64,000 nt of DNA from an uncultured Nitrospiraceae bacterium. Lineage in GTDB: Bacteria; Nitrospirota; Nitrospiria; Nitrospirales; Nitrospiraceae. Of this stretch, positions 61,690 through 64,000 are shown piece after piece. Under the pieces are notes generated by a model. That model saw nothing but the letters and a program-made list of their open reading frames with translations, had not been told where the DNA came from and ran no database searches. A program made the position numbers and the translations under genes. The DNA lies in assembly GCA_963846575.1 (NCBI GenBank), contig CAWJWJ010000001.1, positions 352,001 to 416,000 of the forward strand, given 5' to 3'. Position 1 is the first letter of the stretch; every line of letters starts with the position of its first letter.

Positions 61690-62110
61690 CCCTCCCCGAA
61701 ACCCAGCAACACTTTGTTCACCAGAATCGTTCGCCGCTCCGTTCTTCGCTCGGAAGAGGGTCACGGCTCGACTGGTGAAGTCAGCGTGTCGCCATCTGAG
61801 TTCCAGGATCTCACCCATCGGCATCCGATTTCTAAGGCAAGGGTCACTTGGTTCTGGAAGCAGGATGCACAGAGACACTGAGCAGTCTCCGCTCCTATCC
61901 GGATCCGACCAGCGATGGCGCTTGTTGGTTTCCTTTTCCATGGACACCCGTGAGACGGAATTCTGATGACACCATCCCCACTCGCGCATGGCCAGATTAA
62001 ACGCTTCTTAATTGGCCATCCCGATTGATCTTCGCCGGAGCCACCCCATCTCTTCGCGCGTATGGCCGTGTAGGCCCTGATCATCTTCGTCGTAATTTCG
62101 GCAAGCTCTC
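61690..62110 (-). pseudogene. decayed tyrosine integrase
   Basis: Across frames: MREWGWC.QN.VSRVSMEKE.NKR.RW, VTLALE, MGEILELRW..ADF....VTLFRAKNG/ERRTILVN; catalytic C-terminus missing; boundaries approximate. Confidence 0.8.
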
Positions 62111-62295
62111 GTAGATTTAAACCGTCCGTGAGTCCGCCACACTATCCGACTGACACTCTGGATTCAGAGCTAGACGACCAAGAACCACGATATTTCTGCA
62201 GCTGCTTACCGGAATTGCGGGGCAGCCCGCCACTTGCAACTCATCCAGGCGTCGGCTTAACCTTAGTTCACCACCGATTACACGCAGGAGTAGAG

Positions 62296-62982
62296 ATGAT
62301 AAAAAAAGAGGGTGGTTCTTCTGCCCGTTCTGCGTGTTATCCGCTCATCCCGATTCTCTTTCTGCTCGGCTCGTTCGTGCTCCTTTCATTCCATATGAAT
62401 CGAAGTCAAGCCGACGCCGCAGGCGGAGGCCAGACGAAGTTCAGGCGCCTATCGACACAATACATCGCGGCGTTGGGCGATCCAGGCGCGACCTCCGGGG
62501 GCGGCGCGCAATCGTGGGGTCTGTGGCCTCTGGACCCGGGTCCCCGGGGCGTCGAGCTCAGCAGCTATAAACGGTTGCAGGATACAGGTGGCAGTGCCCC
62601 GGCAGGTTGGACATTCAAGGGCACCGACTGGTGGCTGGAGGAACATGGCTTGATCATGGAGCAACCGACCTTTCCGCTCCCCCCCGGTAAATACGTGGTC
62701 ACGGGTGCCCGCGACGTGACGGCTGTACTGACCATTCATCCCGGCGATAGAAATGGCGACAGACGCTGGGAGCTTGATAACGGCGCGACGCTCTACGACG
62801 TGACGCACCTGGCCTGCCGCTCTGCGCGCTATACACCCGCGGCGCTTGGCGGTTCGTGCTCGCCGGCAAACGCGCAACAGACTACATTTCCAGTTGTGCC
62901 AGGGGGAGCGATGCCTCCGGTTGAAGGCTGCACAAAGCAGGACTACGCGGTTCTGATCGTGACCGGGGTGGGCGTAGACTGA
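62296..62982 (+). CDS. exported/membrane-anchored hypothetical protein
   Basis: AGGAG RBS, TM segment, Trp/Gly-rich domain (WGLWPLDPGPRGV, DWWLEEHGLIME). Confidence 0.8.
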   Translation: MIKKEGGSSARSACYPLIPILFLLGSFVLLSFHMNRSQADAAGGGQTKFRRLSTQYIAALGDPGATSGGGAQSWGLWPLDPGPRGVELSSYKRLQDTGGSAPAGWTFKGTDWWLEEHGLIMEQPTFPLPPGKYVVTGARDVTAVLTIHPGDRNGDRRWELDNGATLYDVTHLACRSARYTPAALGGSCSPANAQQTTFPVVPGGAMPPVEGCTKQDYAVLIVTGVGVD

Positions 62983-63285
62983 ACGCGGTGACGCCCCGGC
63001 GGTTGGCGCGGCCGACTCGCCAGAATGGTCTCCGGGCCTAAACCGTCAAGAATTGTCGAACCACCACCAAGTCCCAACATCGGTTCCCCCTGGCCGCAAA
63101 CATTGTAGTCGCCTACCCGGGTGTCCACCGAATTGGGGAAGGTCAGTTGTACGTGAGATGGCCCCCGACCACAGACTTTGCAAGTGACATGGCGACCAAC
63201 GTCCGGACGGGGTCTCTGTTCGTATTGCACCAGAATCACGCACTTCCCGATCGCTACAGATAAGCGCTCGGATCCCGAATCATGG

Positions 63286-63867
63286 TTAAGCTGCCGTTTG
63301 TCGCACCGCCGCCAGCCCCATCCAGTCTTCCATGTCTTGATCTGGTTTTTCTGCCCGATACTTGGAATAGAGCGTGACGCCTTCGGGATCTTCCAAGATA
63401 TCCACCTGAACACCCTTCTGGCGGAGCAGGGCTTCGTTGCCCGATGCGCTTGTCACATCACCCACGACCACTCTGCTGAACTGGCGCATATAGATTAACG
63501 TCGCACACACATCACAGGGACTCAAAGTCGTAAACAGTGTCGTCAGACTGAAATCGCGGCGCCCCGCATCCCGTATCGCGGAGGTTTCCCCATGATTGTA
63601 AGGATGGTTTTCCTGCACAAGGGTGTTATGCCCCTTGCCTAATATTTGACGGGTTGCATTGCTGACCACCACACCACCAATCGGACAGCCGCCCTCCTTG
63701 TATCCCTTTTGCGCCAGCATAACCGCGATCCGCATGAAGTCCTTGTCTGTGAGCTTCTTAAAGAATCCTTCTTCGACGATCTCCGTCAGGCTTGTGGTTG
63801 GAAGGTGGGCAATAATTTTCAATACCCCGTCCGTCACAGGCGTGCTCTGAGTGATAAAAACTTTCAT
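63286..63867 (-). CDS. zinc-dependent nucleobase/nucleoside deaminase (cytosine deaminase-like)
   Basis: EGGCPIGG, GHN, HGE, TTLSPCDVC. Confidence 0.9.
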   Translation of the reverse strand: MKVFITQSTPVTDGVLKIIAHLPTTSLTEIVEEGFFKKLTDKDFMRIAVMLAQKGYKEGGCPIGGVVVSNATRQILGKGHNTLVQENHPYNHGETSAIRDAGRRDFSLTTLFTTLSPCDVCATLIYMRQFSRVVVGDVTSASGNEALLRQKGVQVDILEDPEGVTLYSKYRAEKPDQDMEDWMGLAAVRQTAA

Positions 63868-64000
63868 GTCTAGTCTCTCCTTCCATTAAAGCTTCCCGTA
63901 CTTAAGCATGAACACTGGTACTTGGAAACAAATTATGGAATAGAAGAATTTATTTGACCGCAATCACGTAGCGAGTAAATTGTGCTTGAGTAGCCCTTCG

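Noticed and set aside
62983..63285. Possible methyltransferase remnant (CLRPGG) on the minus strand
   Set aside because: Single weak motif; cannot be supported without a search

Overview
Bacterial chromosomal window. Gene content and protein style suggest Nitrospira/Nitrospirota (inference, no search run). Layout: (1) 1-7 kb: deoxyhypusine-synthase-like/DsbA operon, ZIP transporter, a half-size GT4 protein and a NarL-type two-component pair. (2) 7-27 kb: accessory region with an envelope gene string (porin, LapA, TPR, frameshifted lipoprotein, tandem-repeat protein), NhaP, a PstS-like protein, a sigma-54 activator remnant, and a signalling island (two hybrid histidine kinases, REC-GGDEF-EAL, PilZ remnants, two paralogous micro-lipoproteins) ending in a decayed tyrosine integrase at tRNA-Glu. 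(3) 30-61 kb: mostly core genes (glnS, ABC-F, two tRNA-Gln, gltX, fdx plus iscRSUA-hscBA-iscX, PBP1A, typA, Prx/Trx, PerR-rubrerythrin-FeS-DUF3501-QueD, rfbC, HU). Among them sits a stand-alone Zorya-like ZorA/ZorB motor pair with no adjacent effector genes, the most notable candidate system. (4) tRNA-Arg and tRNA-Lys followed by a second decayed integrase and island cargo. I saw no CRISPR array or rRNA. All product calls are from motif recognition by eye.
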